Shown here: piece after piece, positions 42,543 to 52,594 of the stretch | How the letters are laid out: each line of letters starts with the position of its first letter | Position numbering within the stretch: the stretch's first letter is position 1 | From: Candidatus Marinacidobacterales bacterium | Lineage (GTDB): Bacteria; Acidobacteriota; Vicinamibacteria; Marinacidobacterales; DATDRI01 | Direction: 5' to 3' | NCBI GenBank assembly: GCA_965219415.1 | Contig: CBDCNP010000002.1 | Coordinates: 3,520,001 to 3,584,000, forward strand | Length of the DNA stretch: 64,000 nucleotides | The notes under the pieces: generated by a model | The model's database searches: none | What the model was told of the DNA's origin: nothing | The model's input: only the letters and a program-made list of their open reading frames with translations | Program-made: the position numbers and the translations under genes

Positions 42543-43764
42543 GTGGCGCCGCCGCTCCAAGCCCGTCGAGTATGTCCGAAACTATCGTCTGCACCGTACT
42601 CCATCGGTAGTTGAGCAGCCCCGCACCAGAAGTGCCGCCCCAGCGCTCTAGGTATTCGCGATGCGCAAGGCGGGCTCGCCCGCGCTTGAGTGCACGCTCC
42701 CTCACCTCAATCAACTGCCGGGCCGTTTCGCTCTCAACAAGTGCTCCGGGCTGGGAGGCGGCCTGCAATAGCTCAAACCAATCGTCTACGAATTGCCGGT
42801 GCGCGGGCGGGATCGGGCGGCCGTTCTCCATCTGGACCAAGTCCCAAAACCTCTCTCGATCCCACCCACGCAAAACTTCACTACGCTCCGAAACCAACGC
42901 GGCCCACCCGGCGAGCATCTCCCGATACTGTTCCACGCGCTCCGGCAAGGGAAATTTCTCGGCGAGCATCAAATTGTAGAGAAGTGCAGCTCCGTGGTGC
43001 GCCTCTGCGAAGTTGCGAGCGTGACCAAGCAACTCGCGTAGTCGCGGCGGAAGCTCGGCACAGACGGGATGTAACCATGGAAATGCCACACGCGGCCCCA
43101 CGGCGCCCTCGTCTATGAGATGAGCGAGAAGCGATCCTCGCGCCTGCGCGCGGATACGATCCTGCAAGTATTCGACTTCCTCCCTGCCGAGCGTAAAGTT
43201 GACAGCGTCGGGGAAATCACTGGGCGGGTCTGGGATGTGAGGATGCCAGATGCCTGGTGGAGCCGATTGACCTTCGCGATCATGACCCGCTTCGCGCCAC
43301 GCGCGTTGGTCTGCGTAGAGGCGATCGAGCGAACGATGGTAGCTGTCTTGTGATGCCCGAGATTGTCGGAGGCCCCATCGCTGGAGCCCACTCCAGTAGA
43401 TCGCGGACGGAAGCCGCTTCAGGTGACGTCCCGCCTCTTTTCCAATCACACCGCTGGCATCCGCTTCGTTCTCTGCGAGACTCCGAGCCAGCCGAATCTC
43501 TTCTTGGCGAGCAAGCTCGGAGATCTTCGCGGATGGCACTCGTCGACGCTCGAGATCCAGGTAAATCCACGGGATGAAGAGAAAGTAGCGCGCCCGCGTT
43601 TGGATCGTGCTCGTTCCGGGAAACATCTGATCCGCGAGCGCATCACGGATCGTCCCGATGCCCAGCTCATCCAGCGTGCCTGGCTGAGCAAAAAGGTCGA
43701 TGACCTCTAGCGCGCGCCGGCGGTCGCTCTCGCTGTTATCGAGCCATGTGAAGGTAGAGGACAT
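42526..43764 (-). CDS. DUF6361-like protein
   Basis: TLDELGIGTIRDALADQMFPGTSTIQTRARYFLFIPW N-terminus; first gene of a three-gene operon. Confidence 0.7.
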   Translation of the reverse strand: MSSTFTWLDNSESDRRRALEVIDLFAQPGTLDELGIGTIRDALADQMFPGTSTIQTRARYFLFIPWIYLDLERRRVPSAKISELARQEEIRLARSLAENEADASGVIGKEAGRHLKRLPSAIYWSGLQRWGLRQSRASQDSYHRSLDRLYADQRAWREAGHDREGQSAPPGIWHPHIPDPPSDFPDAVNFTLGREEVEYLQDRIRAQARGSLLAHLIDEGAVGPRVAFPWLHPVCAELPPRLRELLGHARNFAEAHHGAALLYNLMLAEKFPLPERVEQYREMLAGWAALVSERSEVLRGWDRERFWDLVQMENGRPIPPAHRQFVDDWFELLQAASQPGALVESETARQLIEVRERALKRGRARLAHREYLERWGGTSGAGLLNYRWSTVQTIVSDILDGLGAAAPHATTE

Positions 43765-43842
43765 CGGCGCCTCGTGAAGGGATGTGTCCCGAGGTCCGTG
43801 GAAAAAGAACGGCGCCCTCCACTCCGTCGTCAGAGTATCATA

Positions 43843-44177
43843 TCAGGCGGTAACCTCCGCGTGTTCGAGAGCCTCGCTCAGACGTTGGTAGCCGTCGATG
43901 CGTCGTAGTTGAATCTGGCCAGAGGCGATAAGCCCAAACAGCAAAGCGACCGCGGACTCCTCGCTGGAGAACGACGCTTGGGTTTTCGTCCGGCGTCGAA
44001 ACTCGCGGTTGAGATTCTCCAGAGCATTGGTCGTTCGAATCGATTTCCACATGGCACGAGGGAATTCGTAGAAGGTCAGCAGCTGATTACCGGCCTCCTC
44101 TGGGCTTCGGACGACGGCCGGCGCGAGAGGCGTCCACTTGGCGACGAGCTCGTCATAGGCTTTGCGAGCATCGATCC
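43843..44177 (-). pseudogene. IS256 transposase C-terminal fragment
   Basis: WKSIRTTNALENLNREFRRRTK; cut by MITE A at 44178. Confidence 0.85.
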
Positions 44178-44479
44178 CGTCCTGTGCCAAAACTCGGCCC
44201 TTTAGAAATAGACCACAAATCAGCAGCTTAGAAGCCCTTGGAATCCGCGCAGAATCCAGGGTATTTCGCGCCGCAGGGCTGACTTCCGACCCATGGGCTG
44301 GCGGATGAATAAATAGAAGGCACAGGCGTCAAGGGCGGCGAAGCCGGCGCGCGCAGCGCGCTTTACCCTTGACGCCCCCGAGCACTCTGGTACGATCCCT
44401 GGGGCGATAGGGGACATCCTGCCGCCGGGCGTTGCGTTAACGTCCAACCTCGCTGTCATCTTCACGCTGAACCAATACA

Positions 44480-44807
44480 GGGGTTGACGATACTAGCGAT
44501 CTCATCAAGGGCTTGCTTACCCAGACGCTTGCCGATCTCGGCCAGAGACCGCCGTTCGCCGTCGGTCAGGCGCAAGCAACCCTGGATCTGATTTCGAAGA
44601 ACTCGATTCTCGGCCACAAGATACTCGGTGCGCAGGAGCAACTCCTCATCCACGGATCCTGAGATGTAGGCTAGCATGGTCTTCCAGTCCATCGCGACTC
44701 ATTCCGCTGAACTGGAATACGTATCCGACCGCGATGGCCGATTCAAGCGGCCTTTGGGAAGCTGCAAACTGCTGCCCCCCTGGGCCTTCGAGTATTTTGA
44801 CCAAACG
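44480..44807 (-). mobile_element. left end (type H) and N-terminus of an MDWKT-type rve transposase
   Basis: CGTTTGGTCAAAATACTCG end; MDWKTMLAYISGSVDEELLLR; relative at 53731-54194. Confidence 0.8.
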
Positions 44808-44893
44808 GGCGAAACAGTTATGCTTGACAACGAGCTGTCATCCACCTGGAGCCAAATTAGGGAAACGTCCTCCGCGCGAACCCGAGAAGATGA

Positions 44894-47428
44894 ATGGTTG
44901 ACTTCAAAAAGCGTCTAGGCAAGAAGAAACTCTCTCGCCCCATAAAACCACTCGAGATTTACTCGGCTCTCGATCGGGAGAGTGACAAAGGACCTCTGCG
45001 TCCGATACAAGAGGCCATTCTTGAGAAATGGTTCGCGCATCATCGAGAGGACCAGGACGTTATCCTCAAACTAAATACTGGCCAAGGAAAAACTCTGATC
45101 GGTATGATCATGCTGCAATCAAGACTCAACGAGTTGCAAGAGCCGGTCCTTTATTTGTGTCCCAACAAATTCCTAGCGGCCCACACTTGCACCCAGGCGC
45201 GCCAGTTCGGGATCAAGGTTTGCTCGACGGAAGGCGCGCTTCCTTCGGAGTTCTATAACGCTGACGCTATTCTCGTCACGCACGTCCAAAAACTATTTAA
45301 CGGAAAGACACAATTTGGACTTCGCGCGAACTCCACGTCTGTGTCGACACTCCTTGTAGACGACGCACATACTTGCATCGATTCCATTCGGGCTGCGACG
45401 AAGATAACGCTTGCGTCAAAGGAACCGGCTTACGGCATGATTCGTGACCTTTTTGACAAGTCGCTCAAGGAACAGGGAATGGGTACCTACGCGGACCTAC
45501 GTGCCGGGGAAGCTGGTACGACCCTCCTGGTGCCGTATTGGGATTGGGACGACAAGCATGAAGACGTTGTGGCGATTCTTTCGAAGTATAAGGACACGGA
45601 CACGCTCAGGTTTGTTTGGCCCTTGCTTCGGGACCGAATCGCCGACTGTCAGTGCGTGATTTCTGGCACGGGCCTAGAGATCGAGCCATACCTGGCCCCG
45701 CTCGAAGACTTCGGAACTTTCACCAGTGCAAAGCATCGAGTCTACATGTCAGCGACCATCGCAGACGACGCGTTTCTCGTGAAGGGACTCGGGGTCGAAC
45801 CCGCCGTGATCCGCAATCCTTTAATCTACGAGCATGAAAAATGGTCGGGCGAGAAGATGGTTCTGATACCGTCGTTGATAGGTGAGAAGCTAACCCGCGC
45901 GGAGATCGTACGCGTATTCGCAAGAGAGAGGAAAAGACGCGCGTGGGGCGCTGTGGCCCTTACGCGCAGCTTCAAGAATTCCAAAGACTGGGAGCAGTAC
46001 GGTGCATTGGTCGCGACAAGTCAGACAATCGAATCCGAAATACAAAAACTTAGAGACGGAAAGTGCGAGCGCACGTTGGTCATCGCGAACCGATACGACG
46101 GGATCGACTTACCAGATCAAGCGTGTCGTCTTCTAATCATAGACTCGCGCCCTTGGACAGAAAATTTGATCGACCAATACGTTGAGAGCGTCCGACCAGA
46201 AAGCGACCTCGTCGCGACGAGACTTGCTCGCACGATCGAGCAAGGTCTAGGTCGAAGCGTTAGAGGCGAGAAGGATTATTGCGTCTTCATAATTACAGGG
46301 CCGGATTTGGTCCGCTATATCACGCGGAAGGATATGACGCGTTTTCTGTCGAGCCAGACGCGCGCACAAATCCAAATTGGCCTAGATGTCGCAGAATACG
46401 CCAAAGAGGAGGCGGGCGACGAAGTCTCGATGCAGGAACTTATTGACCTTGCCGGCCAATGCTTAAAAAGAGGCGAAGATTGGAAAGCCTTCTATGTCGA
46501 GCGAATGGACGCAGTGCAATCTGAAAGCGACGGGAACGAACTCCTGGCTCAGCTTTCCATGGAGTTGGATGCAGAAAAGAGCTTCGTCTGCGGCGACGTG
46601 GACAAGGCTACAGCAACGGTCCAATCCTACCTCGACACGTCCGAACTGGATGAGGCCGAGACCGGCTGGTACTTTCAGCATATGGCCCGATACCAACGCG
46701 CGCTCAGCGAGATCGAGGCTGACAAGCTCCAGCAGACCGCACACGCGCGTAACGGGTATCTTCTCAAACCCAGAATAGGAATGACGTTCAAACAACTCAA
46801 CGTAGTAAGCCTAAAAAGGACTTCCAACATTATCGATTGGGTCGGCCAATTTACCACGTACGCAGATTTGCTCGTCGCGCTAACGGACGTGCTCGATGGA
46901 CTTTCATTTGGCGTGCGTGCAGACCGCTTCGAACGCGCATGGGACAACGTAGGTGAAATATTGGGCTTTGAACATGATCGACCGGACAAGATCTGGAAAG
47001 AAGGACCAGACAATCTGTGGGGCCTGGCACAAAATTCTTTCCTGGTGGTCGAATGCAAGAACCAGGTAGAACTAACCAGGTCCTACATAAATAAGCACGA
47101 GACGGCGCAATTGAATGGTTCGATAGCGTGGTTTCAGCAGAAGTACAAAGGTGCGCACTGTTTCAGCGTGATGATTATTCCTACTCACAAAGTTCAAAAA
47201 GGCGCCTACTTTGTCAGCGATGACGTTGGAATAATGAATTCGAACCTTCTTTCCAAATTCAAGAAACGAATCATCGCTTTCATTTCTGAGTTTAGAAACT
47301 TCAACCTCCAAGAGCTCTCAGAGGAAAAGGTACAGTCGTTGATAGACACGCACAAGCTCACACCGGAGTCGGTCGCACGCGATTTTGTCAAGCGGCCAGT
47401 TTACGCTGACAGCACATCAGCCCAATAG
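44894..47428 (+). CDS. SF2 helicase with C-terminal PD-(D/E)XK nuclease (Hna-like)
   Basis: TGQGKT, DDAH, MSAT, DGIDLP, QGLGRSVR; C-terminal PDNLW...VVECKN. Confidence 0.8.
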   Translation: MVDFKKRLGKKKLSRPIKPLEIYSALDRESDKGPLRPIQEAILEKWFAHHREDQDVILKLNTGQGKTLIGMIMLQSRLNELQEPVLYLCPNKFLAAHTCTQARQFGIKVCSTEGALPSEFYNADAILVTHVQKLFNGKTQFGLRANSTSVSTLLVDDAHTCIDSIRAATKITLASKEPAYGMIRDLFDKSLKEQGMGTYADLRAGEAGTTLLVPYWDWDDKHEDVVAILSKYKDTDTLRFVWPLLRDRIADCQCVISGTGLEIEPYLAPLEDFGTFTSAKHRVYMSATIADDAFLVKGLGVEPAVIRNPLIYEHEKWSGEKMVLIPSLIGEKLTRAEIVRVFARERKRRAWGAVALTRSFKNSKDWEQYGALVATSQTIESEIQKLRDGKCERTLVIANRYDGIDLPDQACRLLIIDSRPWTENLIDQYVESVRPESDLVATRLARTIEQGLGRSVRGEKDYCVFIITGPDLVRYITRKDMTRFLSSQTRAQIQIGLDVAEYAKEEAGDEVSMQELIDLAGQCLKRGEDWKAFYVERMDAVQSESDGNELLAQLSMELDAEKSFVCGDVDKATATVQSYLDTSELDEAETGWYFQHMARYQRALSEIEADKLQQTAHARNGYLLKPRIGMTFKQLNVVSLKRTSNIIDWVGQFTTYADLLVALTDVLDGLSFGVRADRFERAWDNVGEILGFEHDRPDKIWKEGPDNLWGLAQNSFLVVECKNQVELTRSYINKHETAQLNGSIAWFQQKYKGAHCFSVMIIPTHKVQKGAYFVSDDVGIMNSNLLSKFKKRIIAFISEFRNFNLQELSEEKVQSLIDTHKLTPESVARDFVKRPVYADSTSAQ

Positions 47429-47670
47429 GAGCCTTCACAAGAACACTGACTCCGTTGTGTCCGAAAACGCCAACGGAGTTGAAAGCTAGAATCCTAGAGT
47501 CGTTCTCGAAATTTGAGGAGACCAGCCGACGCGGCACTGGCTCCGCGATAGGCGATCCCGAGCAGACCTCTCCTCCAAATCATCCGTTACGTCCAGCTTG
47601 CGCGCCCGAACTCCTATGCGGTGTCGCGGTGGTAATAACTGAGCAAGCCCGTCCTGTGCCAAAACTCGGC

Positions 47671-47992
47671 TGTGCATCGTCAAAACTGCTCCGCCCACGA
47701 AATCAAGGACTTACGCTCCGCTTGAATTCCGGGCCGAAGACGGCGAAACTCCGCCGCTATGCTCAACGTTGTTGTCTTCCTCGTCTCACTTGGCGTCCGT
47801 GCCATTCGGGCGATGTGTCGGCGCCGCGCCGACCTGGTGTTGGAGAACGTCGCTTTGCGGCAGCAAGTGACGGCGCTGAAGAAAGAGCGCCCACGCCCAC
47901 CGCTCGACGACACGGAACGGGCTTTCTGGGTTGCCCTTCGAGGTTCGTGGCCCGTGTGGGCGAGCCGCCTGCTCATCGTCCACGCGGACACC
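47671..47992 (+). mobile_element. truncated left part of element R
   Basis: Matches the start of copy 2 (28327 onward); clipped by a D end at 47993. Confidence 0.85.
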
Positions 47993-48272
47993 CGTGAGGT
48001 CAAAATACTCATGCGGCTTCCCGATGGTAGAAACGGAGCAACCCGCCAAGCCGTTCACGGGAGCGCACCTTGCGCTCGGACTGAGGTAACTGTTCGCTGG
48101 CTGGGAACAGCAGCAGATTCTCCTTGCCTTGATGATTCCTCTCATGATGATGGTAGACGACGTACTCCCTAAGCGCATGACGGAGCGACTTCTCGCCGAA
48201 CAGGATGAGCTTCGAGAGACATTCCTCTTTGACGGACTTCACCCAGCGCTCCGCGAACGAGTTCAAATCCGG
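47993..48272 (-). mobile_element. D end with rve transposase C-terminal fragment
   Basis: [16 protein letters not shown]...ERNHQG...GGLLRFYHREAA. Confidence 0.8.
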
Positions 48273-49558
48273 TGTCCATCATCATTATTGATCCGGGACT
48301 GGACTCTAGGGCCCGGACCGCCCTCGAGCACATGCTGGAGAGCGTGGTCAGCGCGCGAGGGAAGGTGCTGAGGACGAACTTCTCGGCGACCAGCCGAGTA
48401 ACGCGAGCGACCAAGCTGACTCAGGCTGCCTCTCGCCACTCGTATCGATGGTGCAGTCCACCGACTCGCGGCAGTGCGACTACTTTCGCCGTAGGAGACG
48501 GTCGGTGCGTGACCGTTCTCAAGCTCGGTGTGTCCTTGTTCAGCCCCAAGTGGCAACGGTCCTCATGATAGTAGCTGATGTAAGCTCGCACGAGCCGGAT
48601 GAGATGACATGCACCGAGAACCACGACGTGCTCAAGGAGCTCGCGACGGCAGCTGCCGACCCACCGCTCCGCGGTTCCGTTTTGCCATGGGCTGCGAAAC
48701 GAAGTGCGAACGGGTTTTGTGCCCGTTGCCTTGATGAACTCGATGACCGCAGCGTTAAAGATGAAGTCGCGATCGAAGATGAGATATCTCGGAGCGGTGT
48801 CGTAGGGAAACGCCTCACGCAGTTGCTGAATAACCCAAGCAGACGTCGGGTGGAACGTGGCGTTGAAGTGAACGATGTGCCGACGACCGTGCTCGATGAC
48901 GAAGAAGCCGTACAGCAGCCGGAGCGACGCGGTGGGCACGGTGAACAGATCCACGGCGGCGATATCGTCTTTATGGTTGCGCAAGAAAGCCATCCATCGT
49001 TTCAGCTGGTCGGGCTCCGCGGGACGCCGCGGCAGGTATCGCGACACCGTGCTCTCGGAGATGATGAAACCGAGCTTGGTGAGCTCAGCATGGATGCGTG
49101 GCGCCCCCCAGCCGTCTTGCGCCATCGTGCGGACGACGCGACGAATCTCGGCATCAATCCGAGGCCGACCGGGATGGCGGCGCTGCGAGATCTTTGCCCA
49201 GTACCGTCGGAATCGGTCGCGATGCCAACGGGCTACGGTGTCCGCGTGGACGATGAGCAGGCGGCTCGCCCACACGGGCCACGAACCTCGAAGGGCAACC
49301 CAGAAAGCCCGTTCCGTGTCGTCGAGCGGTGGGCGTGGGCGCTCTTTCTTCAGCGCCGTCACTTGCTGCCGCAAAGCGACGTTCTCCAACACCAGGTCGG
49401 CGCGGCGCCGACACATCGCCCGAATGGCACGGACGCCAAGTGAGACGAGGAAGACAACAACGTTGAGCATAGCGGCGGAGTTTCGCCGTCTTCGGCCCGG
49501 AATTCAAGCGGAGCGTAAGTCCTTGATTTCGTGGGCGGAGCAGTTTTGACGATGCACA
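48273..49558 (-). mobile_element. rve element R copy 3
   Basis: Same ends; intact 349-aa ORF; no TSD. Confidence 0.9.
48421..49470 (-). CDS. integrase-core (rve) transposase
   Basis: Near-identical to the other two copies. Confidence 0.9.
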   Translation of the reverse strand: MLNVVVFLVSLGVRAIRAMCRRRADLVLENVALRQQVTALKKERPRPPLDDTERAFWVALRGSWPVWASRLLIVHADTVARWHRDRFRRYWAKISQRRHPGRPRIDAEIRRVVRTMAQDGWGAPRIHAELTKLGFIISESTVSRYLPRRPAEPDQLKRWMAFLRNHKDDIAAVDLFTVPTASLRLLYGFFVIEHGRRHIVHFNATFHPTSAWVIQQLREAFPYDTAPRYLIFDRDFIFNAAVIEFIKATGTKPVRTSFRSPWQNGTAERWVGSCRRELLEHVVVLGACHLIRLVRAYISYYHEDRCHLGLNKDTPSLRTVTHRPSPTAKVVALPRVGGLHHRYEWREAA

Positions 49559-49856
49559 GGCTATTGTTCTACAACGTCGACAAAGGCTAGCCGACCAACG
49601 GAATTCAGGGGGAGGATTTGGTCATCATCCGAGCGCTCCTTAAAGCGACGAGAAAGCTGGAGCGTCGGCTTCGCCGAGGTGACTTCGATTGTCGGACGCT
49701 GGTGTTCCTAAGACATGGTGCGAGGAGATCAATCGGGCACAGTCGGACGTGTCCTATGATTTCGTCTTTGTGGACGAAGAGAGCTTCAACAGATACAGCC
49801 CAAAATCATTTGCCGACCTTGCTACCAATTTCCGTCAGTACAAGGAGGGCTGAATC

Positions 49857-51359
49857 ATGACCGCGCCGGTCACCGCCTCAATGCTTTACGATTTGGTTTC
49901 TTGTCCGCATCGCGTGACCATGGACCTTTTCGCCGACCAGGCGCAACGCGATGAGCCAAACCCGTTTGTTCAATTGCTTTGGGAGAAGGGTAACATCTAT
50001 GAGAAAGAGGTTATTGAGAGGCTGGAAATTCCCCTTACCGATCTCTCAATATACGCAGGTGATGAAAAGGAACGGCTGACTTTTGAGGCTATGCATGGCG
50101 GCGAACCGCTAATCTACAGTGGACGTATGCAGGCCGAAGGCCTTCTTGGAGACCCGGACCTGCTGCGCCAAGAGGGTGACGGGTATGTCGCTGGAGATAT
50201 CAAGTCAGGCGCAGGGGAGGAAGGCTCGGGTGACCTGTCGAAACCCAAGAAGCACTACGCGGTGCAACTCGGGCTCTACACAGACATCCTGGAACGTAAG
50301 GGCCTTTCTGCCGGGAAACGTGGCTTTATCTGGGATATTGATGGCCAAGAAATCATCTATGACTTTATAAAACCATACGGGAAACGGAATCCACGCACGC
50401 TCTGGGAGGATTATCAGGATTGCCTCGCCGAGGCCCAGGCGATAGTCGGCAAGAACACGGAGACGCTTGCCGCCTATAGCGGGGTTTGCAAGCTCTGTCA
50501 TTGGTACAGCGCTTGTATCTCACGCCTAACCGATGCGAACGATCTGACGCTGATTCCTGAGTTGGGCCGGTCGAAGCGTGACGTGATGATGGAACGTATC
50601 GCAACGATACGGGACCTGGCCGAGGCTTACCCCGCAGAATTTGTCACGGGCAAGAAAACGATCTTCCCCGGCATAGGTCTCGCGACTCTAGAGAAGCTGC
50701 ACGCCCGAGCGAAGCTGATTACGGCGGGGAAGAAGGCCAAGCCCTATCTCCGCGAACCGGTAACGCTGCCGGTCGCCGATCTGGAACTGTACTTCGACAT
50801 CGAAGTCGATCCCATGCGCAACATCTGTTACCTGCACGGTTTTGTCGAACGGCGGGGCGGCGACAACGACACAGAACGGTTTATCACTTTCTTCGCCGAG
50901 CAAACAACCGCAGAGGCTGAGAAGCAGGCTTTTGCCGAGGCTTGGCGCTACATGCAGGAAAGCCAGCCCTGCGTGATCTACTACTACTCGAAGTACGAGC
51001 GAACCATCTATCGAAAGCTACGTGAGAAATATCCGGACGTTTGCAAGGAGGACGAACTGGAGGCGCTATTCGACCCGGTACGGGCCGTGGACCTCTATTC
51101 TAATGTGGTGCTGAAGGCCACAGAATGGCCAACACGAGACTTCTCAATCAAAACACTGGCTAACTATCTCGGCTTTGCGTGGCGCGACACGCATCCCTCG
51201 GGGGCGGCTTCGATCGAATGGTTCCATAGGTGGGTAGAAACGGGTGACCCTACGATTCGCCAGCGCATTCTTGATTATAACGAAGACGATTGTCGTGCGA
51301 TGCGCGTTCTGCGGGATGCTCTTGACACCTTGATCGTGATGCCGGAGGGGCCCGCATGA
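49857..51359 (+). CDS. TM0106-family RecB-like nuclease with RNase H-like C-terminal domain
   Basis: CPHR, GDPDLL...GDIKS...QLGLY, CKLCHWYSAC, YFDIE, YNEDDC. Confidence 0.85.
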   Translation: MTAPVTASMLYDLVSCPHRVTMDLFADQAQRDEPNPFVQLLWEKGNIYEKEVIERLEIPLTDLSIYAGDEKERLTFEAMHGGEPLIYSGRMQAEGLLGDPDLLRQEGDGYVAGDIKSGAGEEGSGDLSKPKKHYAVQLGLYTDILERKGLSAGKRGFIWDIDGQEIIYDFIKPYGKRNPRTLWEDYQDCLAEAQAIVGKNTETLAAYSGVCKLCHWYSACISRLTDANDLTLIPELGRSKRDVMMERIATIRDLAEAYPAEFVTGKKTIFPGIGLATLEKLHARAKLITAGKKAKPYLREPVTLPVADLELYFDIEVDPMRNICYLHGFVERRGGDNDTERFITFFAEQTTAEAEKQAFAEAWRYMQESQPCVIYYYSKYERTIYRKLREKYPDVCKEDELEALFDPVRAVDLYSNVVLKATEWPTRDFSIKTLANYLGFAWRDTHPSGAASIEWFHRWVETGDPTIRQRILDYNEDDCRAMRVLRDALDTLIVMPEGPA

Positions 51360-52588
51360 ACAATACACAGCAAACGCATGACGCTCAACAAATACTCTCC
51401 AGCCTGAGGGACCATCTTGCGCGGCATGACAAGCCTATCGCTTTCTTCTTAGGTGCTGGCACATCTTGTGCGATCAGAGTGGCGGTGCCCGATGACAAGG
51501 ATAAGACGCAGCCGCTCATACCTGCCGTTGCCGAATTGACCAAGATATGCCGGGAAAAGGCGCGTGGCTTAGGCAAAAAGTATGAAGAGACATGGCAGTT
51601 GATCGAGGAGCATTACAAAGAAATGAAGCAGGACCCTAATGTTGAGAATATTCTTTCGCGCTTGCGCATGATGCTCAACGCCGTGGGCAACACCGATACG
51701 TTGTCGGGCCTAAGAAAGGATGAAATCGAAAAACTTGAAGAATCTGTGCGCAAGACGATAGCCGAGATTGTAACCCCAAATTTAAGCAAAATTCCTAATG
51801 AGTATCCACACCGCAAATTCGCCCGTTGGCTGATCAAAACATCGCGCCAGAATCCTGTTGAGATATTTACGGTGAATTATGATGTGCTTATCGAGCATGC
51901 CCTTGAGGCCGAACGCATCCCGACGTTCGACGGCTTTGTCGGAAGCTTCCAACCCTTCTTTCACCCGGATAGCCTGCGCCGATTGGAGTTCGCACCTGGT
52001 GCAAATTGGACCAGACTCTGGAAAATGCATGGTTCGGTCACGTGGCGGCGCATCGAGCAAGATGCTCGCGTCCGTGTTGTCCGGGGCGATCCCGATGCGG
52101 CGGGCGAAATGATCTACCCGTCATTTCAGAAATACGATGAATCCCGACAGCAGCCCTATTCTGCCTTTACAGACCGTCTGAGCCGATTCCTTGAGCAGGA
52201 TGATGCGCTTTTGATAGCGGCAGGTTTTGGTTTCGGAGATGAACACATAAACAATCTCATATTCGGGGCTCTGGAGAACAGGCCAAGAACCCACGTATAC
52301 GCTCTTCAGTTTGAAGAATTATCTGAGGAGAACGATCTCATCAGGCGGGCTTACCAGCGACCTAACATGATCGTGATGGGTCCAGATACCGGCATCATAG
52401 GCGCGCGGCGGGCAGCTTGGGCACCAGTGGAATGCCCCGCTTTCATGGAAGTAGCATTTGAGCTGAGAGCTGACAATTCTTCTGAGGATGGAGAGGGCGC
52501 CGAAAATGAGGAAGCTAAGTTAGGCCTGATGAAAATCGGAGACTTTAGGTCCTTCTGCGACTTCCTCGAATCTATGACGGCGGTCTAG
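51356..52588 (+). CDS. SIR2-like NADase
   Basis: FFLGAGTS, FTVNYD, KMHGS, GFGFGDEHIN; start overlaps the upstream stop. Confidence 0.9.
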   Translation: MNNTQQTHDAQQILSSLRDHLARHDKPIAFFLGAGTSCAIRVAVPDDKDKTQPLIPAVAELTKICREKARGLGKKYEETWQLIEEHYKEMKQDPNVENILSRLRMMLNAVGNTDTLSGLRKDEIEKLEESVRKTIAEIVTPNLSKIPNEYPHRKFARWLIKTSRQNPVEIFTVNYDVLIEHALEAERIPTFDGFVGSFQPFFHPDSLRRLEFAPGANWTRLWKMHGSVTWRRIEQDARVRVVRGDPDAAGEMIYPSFQKYDESRQQPYSAFTDRLSRFLEQDDALLIAAGFGFGDEHINNLIFGALENRPRTHVYALQFEELSEENDLIRRAYQRPNMIVMGPDTGIIGARRAAWAPVECPAFMEVAFELRADNSSEDGEGAENEEAKLGLMKIGDFRSFCDFLESMTAV

Positions 52589-52594
52589 CTCATC

